DNA of 64,000 bases from Nitrospirales bacterium (GTDB lineage: Bacteria; Nitrospirota; Nitrospiria; Nitrospirales; NS-4). The notes beneath the pieces are model-generated. The model did not search any database and had not been told where the DNA came from. It saw nothing but the letters and a program-made list of their open reading frames with translations. Every line of letters starts with the position of its first letter. Position 1 is the first letter of the stretch. The stretch is taken from the NCBI GenBank assembly GCA_030648395.1, contig JAUSHW010000201.1:1046-65045 (forward strand), in the 5' to 3' direction. Shown in pieces: positions 6,791 to 14,114 of this stretch. Both the position numbers and the translations under genes were made by a program.

Positions 6791-6947
6791 TCTCGGCGGT
6801 ATCTGCTGGAGCCCGGGCGATCCGGAGGAGACCCTGAACACCATGGAGCAAGTGCTGGACTATCTCAATTCCGAGCGGATTGCCGAGGGCAAGCCGGCCT
6901 ACCGCGGGCTGATTCTGGTGGGCTCGATGGAGAACTATACGACATGA
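6783..6947 (+). CDS. hypothetical protein (54 aa)
   Basis: ORF 6696..6947 trimmed to MDNLGGICWSPGD. ATG 6783 overlaps the stop of 6593..6790. Confidence 0.45.
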   Translation: MDNLGGICWSPGDPEETLNTMEQVLDYLNSERIAEGKPAYRGLILVGSMENYTT

Positions 6948-7126
6948 GACGCCCGCGACCCACGGCCCCCGGCCGGCTCACGAACTACGAGATGGCCGGC
7001 CTGCGTGAGAATCCTCCCCCGCGCCGATTCCCGGACGGCGGACGGTGCCGGTGGACGTATATGTGGGCCAGCGTCTGTGACCCGTTTCATCCGCGTAGCC
7101 AGCAGGAGTGGAACGAGCGGCCGTGA
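6944..7126 (+). CDS. hypothetical protein (60 aa)
   Basis: ORF track. ATGA overlap. Confidence 0.4.
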   Translation: MRRPRPTAPGRLTNYEMAGLRENPPPRRFPDGGRCRWTYMWASVCDPFHPRSQQEWNERP

Positions 7127-7148
7127 CGACGAGCTGAAGGAGGACAGG

Positions 7149-7532
7149 ATGGAACTGAATCTCTATGCCACGAGTGCCCGCCCCGAGGAACGCTTTCACT
7201 GGCAGGCGCCGCAGCCGTGGGTTGCGAGCTGCCGCGGCTGGCGCGGGCTCGTCCGCCGCACGACCTGGACGGATCTCCAGCTCCCCGGCCCATGGAACGA
7301 CCCGGCGCGCTTTACCTCCTGGGTGATCGGGTGGTTCCTGCAGATCTACTACGGGAGCGCCAAGTGTGATGGAAGCCGGACGCAGGATCTGCGAAACGGC
7401 ACGCTCGGCGGAAACGACGGCGAGCGGAGGGGGTACGTCATGACGACGACCCCCTCGGAGCTGCTCGCCGTCCGGTGGCGCGGGAAGGGCCTCGAGCGGA
7501 TCCCGCGCTGGGACAACATGGGCGGGGCCTGA
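7149..7532 (+). CDS. hypothetical Trp-rich protein (127 aa)
   Basis: ORF 7005..7532 trimmed to MELNLYATS. GAAGGAGG RBS 6 nt upstream of ATG 7149. Confidence 0.55.
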   Translation: MELNLYATSARPEERFHWQAPQPWVASCRGWRGLVRRTTWTDLQLPGPWNDPARFTSWVIGWFLQIYYGSAKCDGSRTQDLRNGTLGGNDGERRGYVMTTTPSELLAVRWRGKGLERIPRWDNMGGA

Positions 7533-7544
7533 GTGTGCTACACT
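7533..7544 (+). promoter_or_regulatory. extended -10-like box GTGTGCTACACT immediately upstream of tRNA-Met
   Basis: Member of the recurring TGTGsTAynnT family (see findings). It ends 6 nt before the tRNA 5' end. Confidence 0.4.
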
Positions 7545-7550
7545 GATGAC

Positions 7551-7627
7551 TGCGGGGTGGAGCAGCCTGGTAGCTCGTCTGGCCCATACCCAGAAGGTCG
7601 CTGGTTCAAATCCAGCCCCCGCAACCA
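7551..7627 (+). tRNA. tRNA-Met (CAU), initiator-like, CCA encoded
   Basis: Hand-folded cloverleaf. Acceptor UGCGGGG/CCCCGCA, D arm GAGC-AGCCUGGUA-GCUC, anticodon arm UCUGG-CCCAUAC-CCAGA, T arm GCUGG-UUCAAAU-CCAGC. Outline close to bacterial tRNA-fMet. A11:U24 is present and position 33 is C. Confidence 0.85.
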
Positions 7628-7799
7628 TGACGCCGAGGATCCCGTCCTGTCGACGGGAAAGGCCGCGCGCCACTGGCGAAGCCGGTGCCGTGCGAGAGGC
7701 GAAGGGATCCCGCCCGGGTTGATCACCGGACGTTCGCCGAAAAAAATTATACTATTCTCGATATAATTCGAGGGTCGTTTTATATCATGCACGATATAC

Positions 7800-7874
7800 G
7801 CGAGCGTAACTCAGCGGTAGAGTCGCCGCCTTCCAAGCGGCCGGTCGGGGGTTCAACTCCTCCCGCTCGCTCCA
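7800..7874 (+). tRNA. tRNA-Gly (UCC), CCA encoded
   Basis: Acceptor GCGAGCG/CGCUCGC, D arm ACUC-AGCGGUA-GAGU, anticodon arm GCCGC-CUUCCAA-GCGGC, T arm GGGGG-UUCAACU-CCUCC, discriminator U. Confidence 0.9.
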
Positions 7875-7880
7875 TAACGG

Positions 7881-7955
7881 GCCGGTGTAGCTCAGAGGTA
7901 GAGCGGCTGATTCGTAATCAGCGGGTCGGGGGTTCAACTCCTCCCGCCGGCTCCA
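7881..7955 (+). tRNA. tRNA-Thr (CGU), CCA encoded
   Basis: Acceptor GCCGGUG/CGCCGGC, anticodon arm GCUGA-UUCGUAA-UCAGC. The T arm is identical to that of the adjacent tRNA-Gly. Confidence 0.9.
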
Positions 7956-7982
7956 ACTACTAGGGTACTGGAGGATTAGTAG

Positions 7983-8231
7983 ATGCCTGAGTCACGCGAA
8001 TGCGGCTGCCCGTATCCCGGGCCCCATACCGCGCACTGCCTGGCGCCGCTGGACGGCTGCCGGCCGCGCGGGGGTGATCCCGCGCACGACCATACGTGGA
8101 TTCAAGTACGCGCCGGTGGCTGGCTGATGAAGGCGGTCTGCACGTGCAAGACGATCCGGCGATTCGTCCTCCAGGACTTCAACCGCGAACTCGCGCTCGG
8201 GAAGATGACCCTCCTGCCGAGGCGGGCGTGA
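7983..8231 (+). CDS. hypothetical Cys/His-rich protein (82 aa)
   Basis: ORF track. GGAGGATTAGTAG-ATG RBS. Its stop overlaps the proposed GTG start of terL. Confidence 0.5.
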   Translation: MPESRECGCPYPGPHTAHCLAPLDGCRPRGGDPAHDHTWIQVRAGGWLMKAVCTCKTIRRFVLQDFNRELALGKMTLLPRRA

Positions 8232-9718
8232 CGCCCGATCTGGACCCCGCCCACGGGAACGCCGCCCTCGCGGCCCTCATCGAGAAGCTCCTCGCCCAGC
8301 GGGCCCTTGAATTTTATCAGCCCTATCCGAAACAGAAAGAATTTCATCGCCTCGGGACCACGATCGACGAGCGCCTGCTGATGGCAGCCAATCAAGTGGG
8401 CAAGACCGTCTGTGCCTCGCGCGAGACCGCCTACCACGCCACCGGGAGGTACCCCGACTGGTGGGAGGGCCAGCGCTGGACGCGGCGGACCGTCGGCTGG
8501 ACCGGCTCACCAACCGGGCAGACCTCGCGTGACACGGTGCAGCGCCTGCTCCTCGGACGGACGGAGGATGGCTGGGGGACGGGGGCCATTCCGGAGGCCG
8601 ATATTTTTGACATCAAGCGCGCCAGTGGGAGTGTCCCGAACCAGGTCGAGAGTATTATCGTGAAGTCGGTCTTCGGCGGCGTCTCGACGATTACGCTCAA
8701 GACCTACGACCAGGGCCGCCTCCGGTGGCAGGGGGAGAGCATCGACTACGTCTGGTACGACGAGGAGCCGCCGGAGGATATCTACAGCGAGGGGAAGACG
8801 CGCACGCAGGCCTCCAAGCCACGGGGGACGTTTGTCTACATGACCTTTACGCCCCTGTTGGGCATGACGAGCGTCGTCAACCGGCTGACGAAGGAGAAGC
8901 CCGCGCGCACGCAGGTCATCGGCATGACGATCCACGACGCGCAGCACTACACGGACGAGGAACGCGCGCGGATTATCGCCGGCTATCTGCCGCACGAACG
9001 CGAGGCGCGGGCACTCGGTATTCCCGTGCTCGGCTCCGGCCGGGTGTTCACGATCCCGGAGGAGGAGCTCCGCTGCGAGCCGGTTGCCATTCCGGCGTTC
9101 TGGTATCGAATCAACGGGATGGACTTCGGCTGGGACCATCCGACGGCGAACGCCTGGCTCGCGTGGGACAAGGACAACGACATCATCTACGTCTATGCGG
9201 TTCATCGCCAGCGGGAGACGACCCCGTTGGTGTATGCCGCGGCGATCAAGGCCCGCGGGCCCTGGATCCCGGTGGCGTGGCCGCATGACGGCCTGCAGCA
9301 CGATAAAGGCAGCGGCGTCCAGCTTGCCCAGCAGTACAAGGCCCAGGGTGTGAATATGCTGAAGATGCGCGCGACGCATCCGCCCCTGCCGGGGAAGGAA
9401 GAGGGGAGCGGGGGATTCGGTGTCGAGGCGGGTATCCAGGACATGATCGACCGGATGCAGACCGGCCGCTGGAAGGTGTTCCGGACGTGTGCCGATTGGT
9501 TTGACGAGTATCGCATGTATCATCGGAAGGACGGCCTAATTGTGAAGGAGGGGGATGACCTCATGGCCGCCTCTCGGATCGGGAACATGATGAAACGCTT
9601 CGCGAAAGTAGCCCCCGCACCAGCGCGGCCGGCGGCCCCGCGATTTGTGGTCACGGATCCTTCAATGGGTGTCTTAGGCTCCTTGGCACTGATGATGCTC
9701 GCGGGATTATTTCTATGA
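8228..9718 (+). CDS. terL: terminase large subunit
   Basis: ORF 8096..9718. Start moved to GTG 8228 (GTGA overlap). Walker A AANQVGKT, an acidic WYDEEP stretch that could serve as Walker B, then a nuclease-half pattern (GMDFGWDHP...). Typical length. Confidence 0.9.
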   Translation: MTPDLDPAHGNAALAALIEKLLAQRALEFYQPYPKQKEFHRLGTTIDERLLMAANQVGKTVCASRETAYHATGRYPDWWEGQRWTRRTVGWTGSPTGQTSRDTVQRLLLGRTEDGWGTGAIPEADIFDIKRASGSVPNQVESIIVKSVFGGVSTITLKTYDQGRLRWQGESIDYVWYDEEPPEDIYSEGKTRTQASKPRGTFVYMTFTPLLGMTSVVNRLTKEKPARTQVIGMTIHDAQHYTDEERARIIAGYLPHEREARALGIPVLGSGRVFTIPEEELRCEPVAIPAFWYRINGMDFGWDHPTANAWLAWDKDNDIIYVYAVHRQRETTPLVYAAAIKARGPWIPVAWPHDGLQHDKGSGVQLAQQYKAQGVNMLKMRATHPPLPGKEEGSGGFGVEAGIQDMIDRMQTGRWKVFRTCADWFDEYRMYHRKDGLIVKEGDDLMAASRIGNMMKRFAKVAPAPARPAAPRFVVTDPSMGVLGSLALMMLAGLFL

Positions 9719-9725
9719 GCACAAA

Positions 9726-9737
9726 ATCTGCTATACT
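9726..9737 (+). promoter_or_regulatory. extended -10-like box ATCTGCTATACT
   Basis: TGcTATACT in the 25-nt gap after terL. It would give a near-leaderless transcript for 9747..10052. Confidence 0.3.
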
Positions 9738-9746
9738 AGGAAGTTG

Positions 9747-10052
9747 ATGAAGAACACACCCGAGCAAGAGAAGGCCGCCATCGCCGAGTCTGGCCGCCGA
9801 AGCGCGGCAGCCAGAGCGCCCAAGAAGCCGCCGGCCTGTCCGCCCCACATCTGGTTCCGACAGACGGGGCAGGCCGATCCGGAGGGGACGGTCGTCCTGA
9901 AGTGTCACGGGAGCTGCGCGGGGACGACGACCATTGACCTCGCGACCTGGGACGCGGCCAGCGGTGCAGGGCTTGTTGAGCCGGCACAGGCCGCCAAGGC
10001 GCGGGCCCATATTGACGCAAAACTCGGACTCGCCGTAGTCGGCGGGAAATAA
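9747..10052 (+). CDS. hypothetical protein (101 aa)
   Basis: ORF 9744..10052. ATG 9747 follows AGGAAG. Confidence 0.55.
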   Translation: MKNTPEQEKAAIAESGRRSAAARAPKKPPACPPHIWFRQTGQADPEGTVVLKCHGSCAGTTTIDLATWDAASGAGLVEPAQAAKARAHIDAKLGLAVVGGK

Positions 10053-10064
10053 GGAGGCGGTATC

Positions 10065-10448
10065 ATGGCAGTCCCCAATCCTGTGTTTACGAATACCATC
10101 GGCGAGTCCGACGGGTCGGTCATCCTGGCAACGTGGACGCTGACGACGGCCGATCATACCGGGAAGGGCCTGCTGATTCCCGAGTGGGCGGATCGCACCG
10201 GCCAGTTCGTCGGCACCTGGGGCGGCGCGACGGCGGCCTGGGAGGGGAGCAACGACGACACGGTCTACGGGCCGATGCACAACGCAGCCGGCGCCGCATC
10301 CATTACGGCGACCGCGGACGCGAATGGCGGCCCATTTGGCGTCATCGAGCTCCCGCTCTATATGCGCCCGAAGCTGACCACCGTGGGCGTCGGCGCGACG
10401 ATTGTCTGTACGCTGCTCCTGCGGCGTGCGAATCCCATGCGGTCATAA
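10065..10448 (+). CDS. hypothetical virion-module protein (127 aa)
   Basis: ORF track. TAAGGAGG RBS. Confidence 0.6.
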   Translation: MAVPNPVFTNTIGESDGSVILATWTLTTADHTGKGLLIPEWADRTGQFVGTWGGATAAWEGSNDDTVYGPMHNAAGAASITATADANGGPFGVIELPLYMRPKLTTVGVGATIVCTLLLRRANPMRS

Positions 10449-10460
10449 GGAGGGCTGACA

Positions 10461-11000
10461 ATGGCGGACAATTACAGTGAGCATGTAAGCAATCTCCGCC
10501 GGCTGGCGGTCACCCTGCAGGGGGTCATCGCCGCGGCGGACGCAATGGAGAAGATAGGCTCGATCGAGAATGCGATCACCGAGGCGGAGCGGGCCCGAAG
10601 TGCCACACTGGACGCGAAGCGCCAGGCGGAAGAGGAATTTGAGGCCACGAAGAACGCCATCGCGCAGAACAACCTCGCCGCCGCGGTGACGATCGCGGAC
10701 GCGAAGAAGGAGGTTGAGGCTCGGCTCCAGCGCGCCGACGCTGAGGCGGAGAAGGCTGTCAGCGATGCGAAGGAAGTCGCGCGCCAGGCCGCCGATCGGA
10801 TCACGACGGAGCGGAACGTGGAACTCAACCGGCTGCTCGACGAGATCGAGCGCCAGCGCGGGGAGCTCTTCACGCTCAACGGGCAGGTCCTGGCGGCGAG
10901 GGCGGAGGCGGAGGACGCCGAGCGCGTCCGCGCGGAGAAGCAGAAGGCCCTCGACGCCATCAACGAGTCCATCGCGAAACTACACCCGGTTCGGTTGTGA
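10461..11000 (+). CDS. Ala/Glu-rich coiled-coil protein (179 aa)
   Basis: ORF track. AAGGAGGG RBS. Long heptad-like AExxA/R composition. Directly upstream of a fibre gene, so possibly a fibre assembly or connector protein. Confidence 0.6.
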   Translation: MADNYSEHVSNLRRLAVTLQGVIAAADAMEKIGSIENAITEAERARSATLDAKRQAEEEFEATKNAIAQNNLAAAVTIADAKKEVEARLQRADAEAEKAVSDAKEVARQAADRITTERNVELNRLLDEIERQRGELFTLNGQVLAARAEAEDAERVRAEKQKALDAINESIAKLHPVRL

Positions 11001-11023
11001 GCAGGCAGACGAAGGGCTCGTAA

Positions 11024-12562
11024 GTGGCCGTTAAGCACGCATTCGTCTCCGCCATCGCGGACGAGGCCGACGCGACCCTCGTTCGACCCTCGAACTGGAA
11101 CGACGATCACACGATCGAGGCGGGCACGATTACGCTCGCCATGCAGGCGGATATCGCCACGGCCTCCATTCTCGGGCGAAGCACGGCCGCGACGGGCGTC
11201 ATCGAAGTCCTCTCTGCGGCGACGACGAAGTCCCTCCTCTCGCTCAATCTCGTCGAAAATACCGCCCTCTCCACCTGGGCCGGCAGCACCGCCATCACCA
11301 CGCTCGGGACGATCGCCGCCGCCAGTATCCCCGAGAGTATGCTCACCTTCACGGACATCACGACCGGAAACGCATCCACTTCGAATCACGGTTTTCTCCT
11401 CAAGCTCAGCAATGTCGCCACGCAGTATATGGACGGGACCGGTGCGTGGAGCACGCCAACCGCCTCAGTGACGCTAGATGGCGTCTCAGCCGCCGTTGCC
11501 GACCAAGCTGGCATTGCGAACGCGGACTGGAACATCGTTTGGAACTGGCAAAAGACGACGAACAGCGAGATTGCGTTCACGTTTGGCGAGTCGGTGGCAA
11601 GCACGAACGGCACGTCTACCAGCGGCGTGCCCAATCAAATCCTTGCCAAGTTCATCACGAAGACCGGCAGTACGATGTCTTCGGCGTCGTTCTGGTCGCG
11701 TGGGGTACATGTGTTCAGCGTGTCGCCAACGACGGCGCAACTCCTGTTCACTGATGGTAGCGCGTCGGCTCCCTCAATCGCTGGGTCTAGTGCGCCGACA
11801 ACTGGAATTTCATTTGGCGGCGCGATCAATATAAATAAATCAGGACTACTCGTTTCGAGATGGAATGGCATCGGCCTTGAGATTTTCCAAGCCGGGTCGT
11901 CCTCTCCGCTTGGTGGATACTGGTCTGACCTCGGCATCGCCGCAGGGACACAGCCCACCGCCACACTCTCAACGTTCGGGATGGCCTACGCCGGGTCTGA
12001 CACATCCGGAGCGCAGATAGGTGGCTATAAGGCACGAGGCGGATTCGGTGGGGGCTTTGCCGCCATCACCAGTGGCGACGATATGCTCAAGCTCGTCGGT
12101 GAGGGACGAGTGGGTGGTACAAATGGGTGGCAGATGGGGGCCTTTATATCGCTTACTTCTACTGGGACTATCAGTGATAGCGCCACGGGCATTGGCGGCA
12201 TGATTAAACTCGCGCACGCCATCGTTGGCGCAGAGCCTGTTGTAGTCGCAACCGTTAAGTCTCAGCACATCATCCACAGCGGCACGGCACCCACGATTAC
12301 GGCAGGCGGCGGGACGAACCCCACTATCGTTGGGGCAGACGAAGCCTTTGAAGTCACGATTGGCACCGGCGACGTAGCGACCAGCGTAGAAGTCACCTTC
12401 GGGAATGCCTTCACAACCAACGCCCCGATCTGTGTCGTGCAGTCCGATACGGACATCGTGCCATTTAAGTGTGTTACAACGGTTACAAAGGTCACGATCA
12501 CAGCGACCCTGGCGTTTACCGCAGGGAGTATTCTCCATGTTGTCTGTCGGGGGTGGGAGTAA
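11024..12562 (+). CDS. tail fibre-like protein (512 aa)
   Basis: GTG start. N-terminus FVSAIADEADATLVRPSNWNDDH resembles conserved fibre N-termini. Ser/Thr/Gly/Ala-rich beta-type composition. Followed by a tail-collar protein. Confidence 0.65.
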   Translation: MAVKHAFVSAIADEADATLVRPSNWNDDHTIEAGTITLAMQADIATASILGRSTAATGVIEVLSAATTKSLLSLNLVENTALSTWAGSTAITTLGTIAAASIPESMLTFTDITTGNASTSNHGFLLKLSNVATQYMDGTGAWSTPTASVTLDGVSAAVADQAGIANADWNIVWNWQKTTNSEIAFTFGESVASTNGTSTSGVPNQILAKFITKTGSTMSSASFWSRGVHVFSVSPTTAQLLFTDGSASAPSIAGSSAPTTGISFGGAININKSGLLVSRWNGIGLEIFQAGSSSPLGGYWSDLGIAAGTQPTATLSTFGMAYAGSDTSGAQIGGYKARGGFGGGFAAITSGDDMLKLVGEGRVGGTNGWQMGAFISLTSTGTISDSATGIGGMIKLAHAIVGAEPVVVATVKSQHIIHSGTAPTITAGGGTNPTIVGADEAFEVTIGTGDVATSVEVTFGNAFTTNAPICVVQSDTDIVPFKCVTTVTKVTITATLAFTAGSILHVVCRGWE

Positions 12563-13092
12563 TGGCGAAAGAGGTGCAGCAGTACGATACGGATACCGCC
12601 GGAACACCTGACGGGACAAAGTTTTGGCGCGACGATAGAACATGGGCCGCGCCACCCGGCAGCGGGCCAGCATTTCCCATTGGGTCGGTGTTTATTGCGG
12701 TCGTCGACACGAATCCCGCCACGCTCCTCGGGTACGGAACGTGGAGTGCCATCGCAGCAGGTCGCGTACTGGTCGGACTAGATAGCGGCGATACGGATTT
12801 TGACACCGTAGAGGAAACGGGCGGCGCGAAGACCGTCACGCTGGATACGACGATGATCCCGGCGCATACGCATACGCAAGATGCACACGCACACACGATC
12901 GGTCAGGTCAGGGACGCAACCACCGGAGGGGCAACCACCAACATCGCAAAGACGGCGGATACCTCGTCTACGCTCGGAACGGCGACCGCGACCAACAGCG
13001 CGACCGCCGTGAACCAGAACGCTGGCGGGGGTCTTGCTCATGCTAATGTGCAGCCGTACTTTGTTGTCTATATGTGGAAACGCACGGCGTAA
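12562..13092 (+). CDS. phage tail-collar domain protein (176 aa)
   Basis: ORF 12469..13092 trimmed to MAKEVQQ (TAATG overlap). GGAKTVTLDTTMIPAHTHT and HANVQPYFVVYMW match the tail-collar pattern GG..VTL....P.H.H ... H.N.QPY. Confidence 0.7.
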   Translation: MAKEVQQYDTDTAGTPDGTKFWRDDRTWAAPPGSGPAFPIGSVFIAVVDTNPATLLGYGTWSAIAAGRVLVGLDSGDTDFDTVEETGGAKTVTLDTTMIPAHTHTQDAHAHTIGQVRDATTGGATTNIAKTADTSSTLGTATATNSATAVNQNAGGGLAHANVQPYFVVYMWKRTA

Positions 13093-13111
13093 CGATAAGG
13101 AGAAATAAGCA

Positions 13112-13396
13112 ATGGAGCAGCTCGACCTGACCACGCCGATCAGTGGTCAATCCGTCACGTCCTACAAAGTGCTGCGCCTGAATCTCGGCACCACGCCGCC
13201 GGTCATTGATTGGGCGGTAGTGGATAACAACGGCAAGACGTTCAGTGGCAGCTACAACGGGGCGGAGGGGGCGGCCCTGCTCAGTATCTTGAACACCGCA
13301 AACCTGACGACCAACTCGCTCATTAAGCGGGTCATGACCAAGCTGCAGGCGGACGGATTGATTCCATCAGGGACGGTGAGTGGGATGCCGCAATAA
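13112..13396 (+). CDS. hypothetical protein (94 aa)
   Basis: ORF track. AAGGAG RBS. Confidence 0.55.
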   Translation: MEQLDLTTPISGQSVTSYKVLRLNLGTTPPVIDWAVVDNNGKTFSGSYNGAEGAALLSILNTANLTTNSLIKRVMTKLQADGLIPSGTVSGMPQ

Positions 13397-13397
13397 G

Positions 13398-13538
13398 ATG
13401 GCAACGGCCTTTCAGCTCAGTGCCTTTCAGAATCAGGGGAACGCGCCAAATAATGCGTTCCAGATTGTTGCAATCCTGACGTCTATGATCGTCTGGGTTC
13501 GCCATAACTGCGGGTTCCCTGGACGAAAAGGACGATAA
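13398..13538 (+). CDS. possible AFQ-repeat mini-protein (46 aa)
   Basis: Hand translation: MATAFQLSAFQNQGNAPNNAFQIVAILTSMIVWVRHNCGFPGRKGR. ATG lies 1 nt after the upstream TAA. No RBS. Below ORF-track cutoff. Confidence 0.3.
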   Translation: MATAFQLSAFQNQGNAPNNAFQIVAILTSMIVWVRHNCGFPGRKGR

Positions 13539-13555
13539 TTCCCGCGCAGGGGATT

Positions 13556-13567
13556 GTGTGCTATACT
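13556..13567 (+). promoter_or_regulatory. extended -10-like box GTGTGCTATACT
   Basis: Lies in the only sizeable non-coding gap of the fibre cluster, about 75 nt upstream of ATG 13644. Confidence 0.4.
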
Positions 13568-13643
13568 CTGAAGTAACTCAGACGTCGTTCACTTCTTAGT
13601 TTTCCTTTACAACGGAACACCAGTCACGCAGGGAGGAATCCCC

Positions 13644-14072
13644 ATGGGCCAAGTTTTGTCTTCCGTCAATCAGGCGATCAAGCGACTGATCGGTGTCTGG
13701 GATCGGTGGCTCGTGGATCCGTCCACGAACACCGTCGTCGGAATTGCCAACCCGAACGCCGGCGGGCAGGACACGTTTATCTATCCCATTCAACTCACGG
13801 ACGCGCAGATTGACGCCCCGACGGCCGACATGCTGGCGGACATCCAATCCACCTACGCACTCAACGTGGCCCCCTACACGCGCTATCGGAGCACGGGCTC
13901 CGTGCTGCAGCCCCTCGGGAGCGACGCGGGAGGCGGCTCGTTGGGCGTGCCGTCAGGGATCACGAGTGGGCTCTATACGATTCCGGCGGGCTGGACGCTG
14001 ACGGTCGACGGGCCGTTTGAGGTCTCGGATCCGGGGACGCTCATTGTCGAAGGCACTCTCACGGTTACCTAA
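13644..14072 (+). CDS. hypothetical fibre-associated protein (142 aa)
   Basis: ORF track. GGGAGG RBS. Confidence 0.6.
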   Translation: MGQVLSSVNQAIKRLIGVWDRWLVDPSTNTVVGIANPNAGGQDTFIYPIQLTDAQIDAPTADMLADIQSTYALNVAPYTRYRSTGSVLQPLGSDAGGGSLGVPSGITSGLYTIPAGWTLTVDGPFEVSDPGTLIVEGTLTVT

Positions 14073-14114
14073 ATGCCAGGAGCAGATCAACCAGGAATGC
14101 AGGAGGATTAAGTC

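Noticed and set aside
6978-7673. 231-aa minus-strand ORF covering tRNA-Met and upstream genes
   Set aside because: It is antisense to coupled plus-strand genes and to a canonical tRNA, and its composition is Arg/Pro/Gly-rich.
7762-7767. Perfect TATAAT in the AT-rich spacer before tRNA-Gly
   Set aside because: There is no recognisable -35 or TG extension at the right spacing. It is plausible but unsupported, so I did not list it as a feature.
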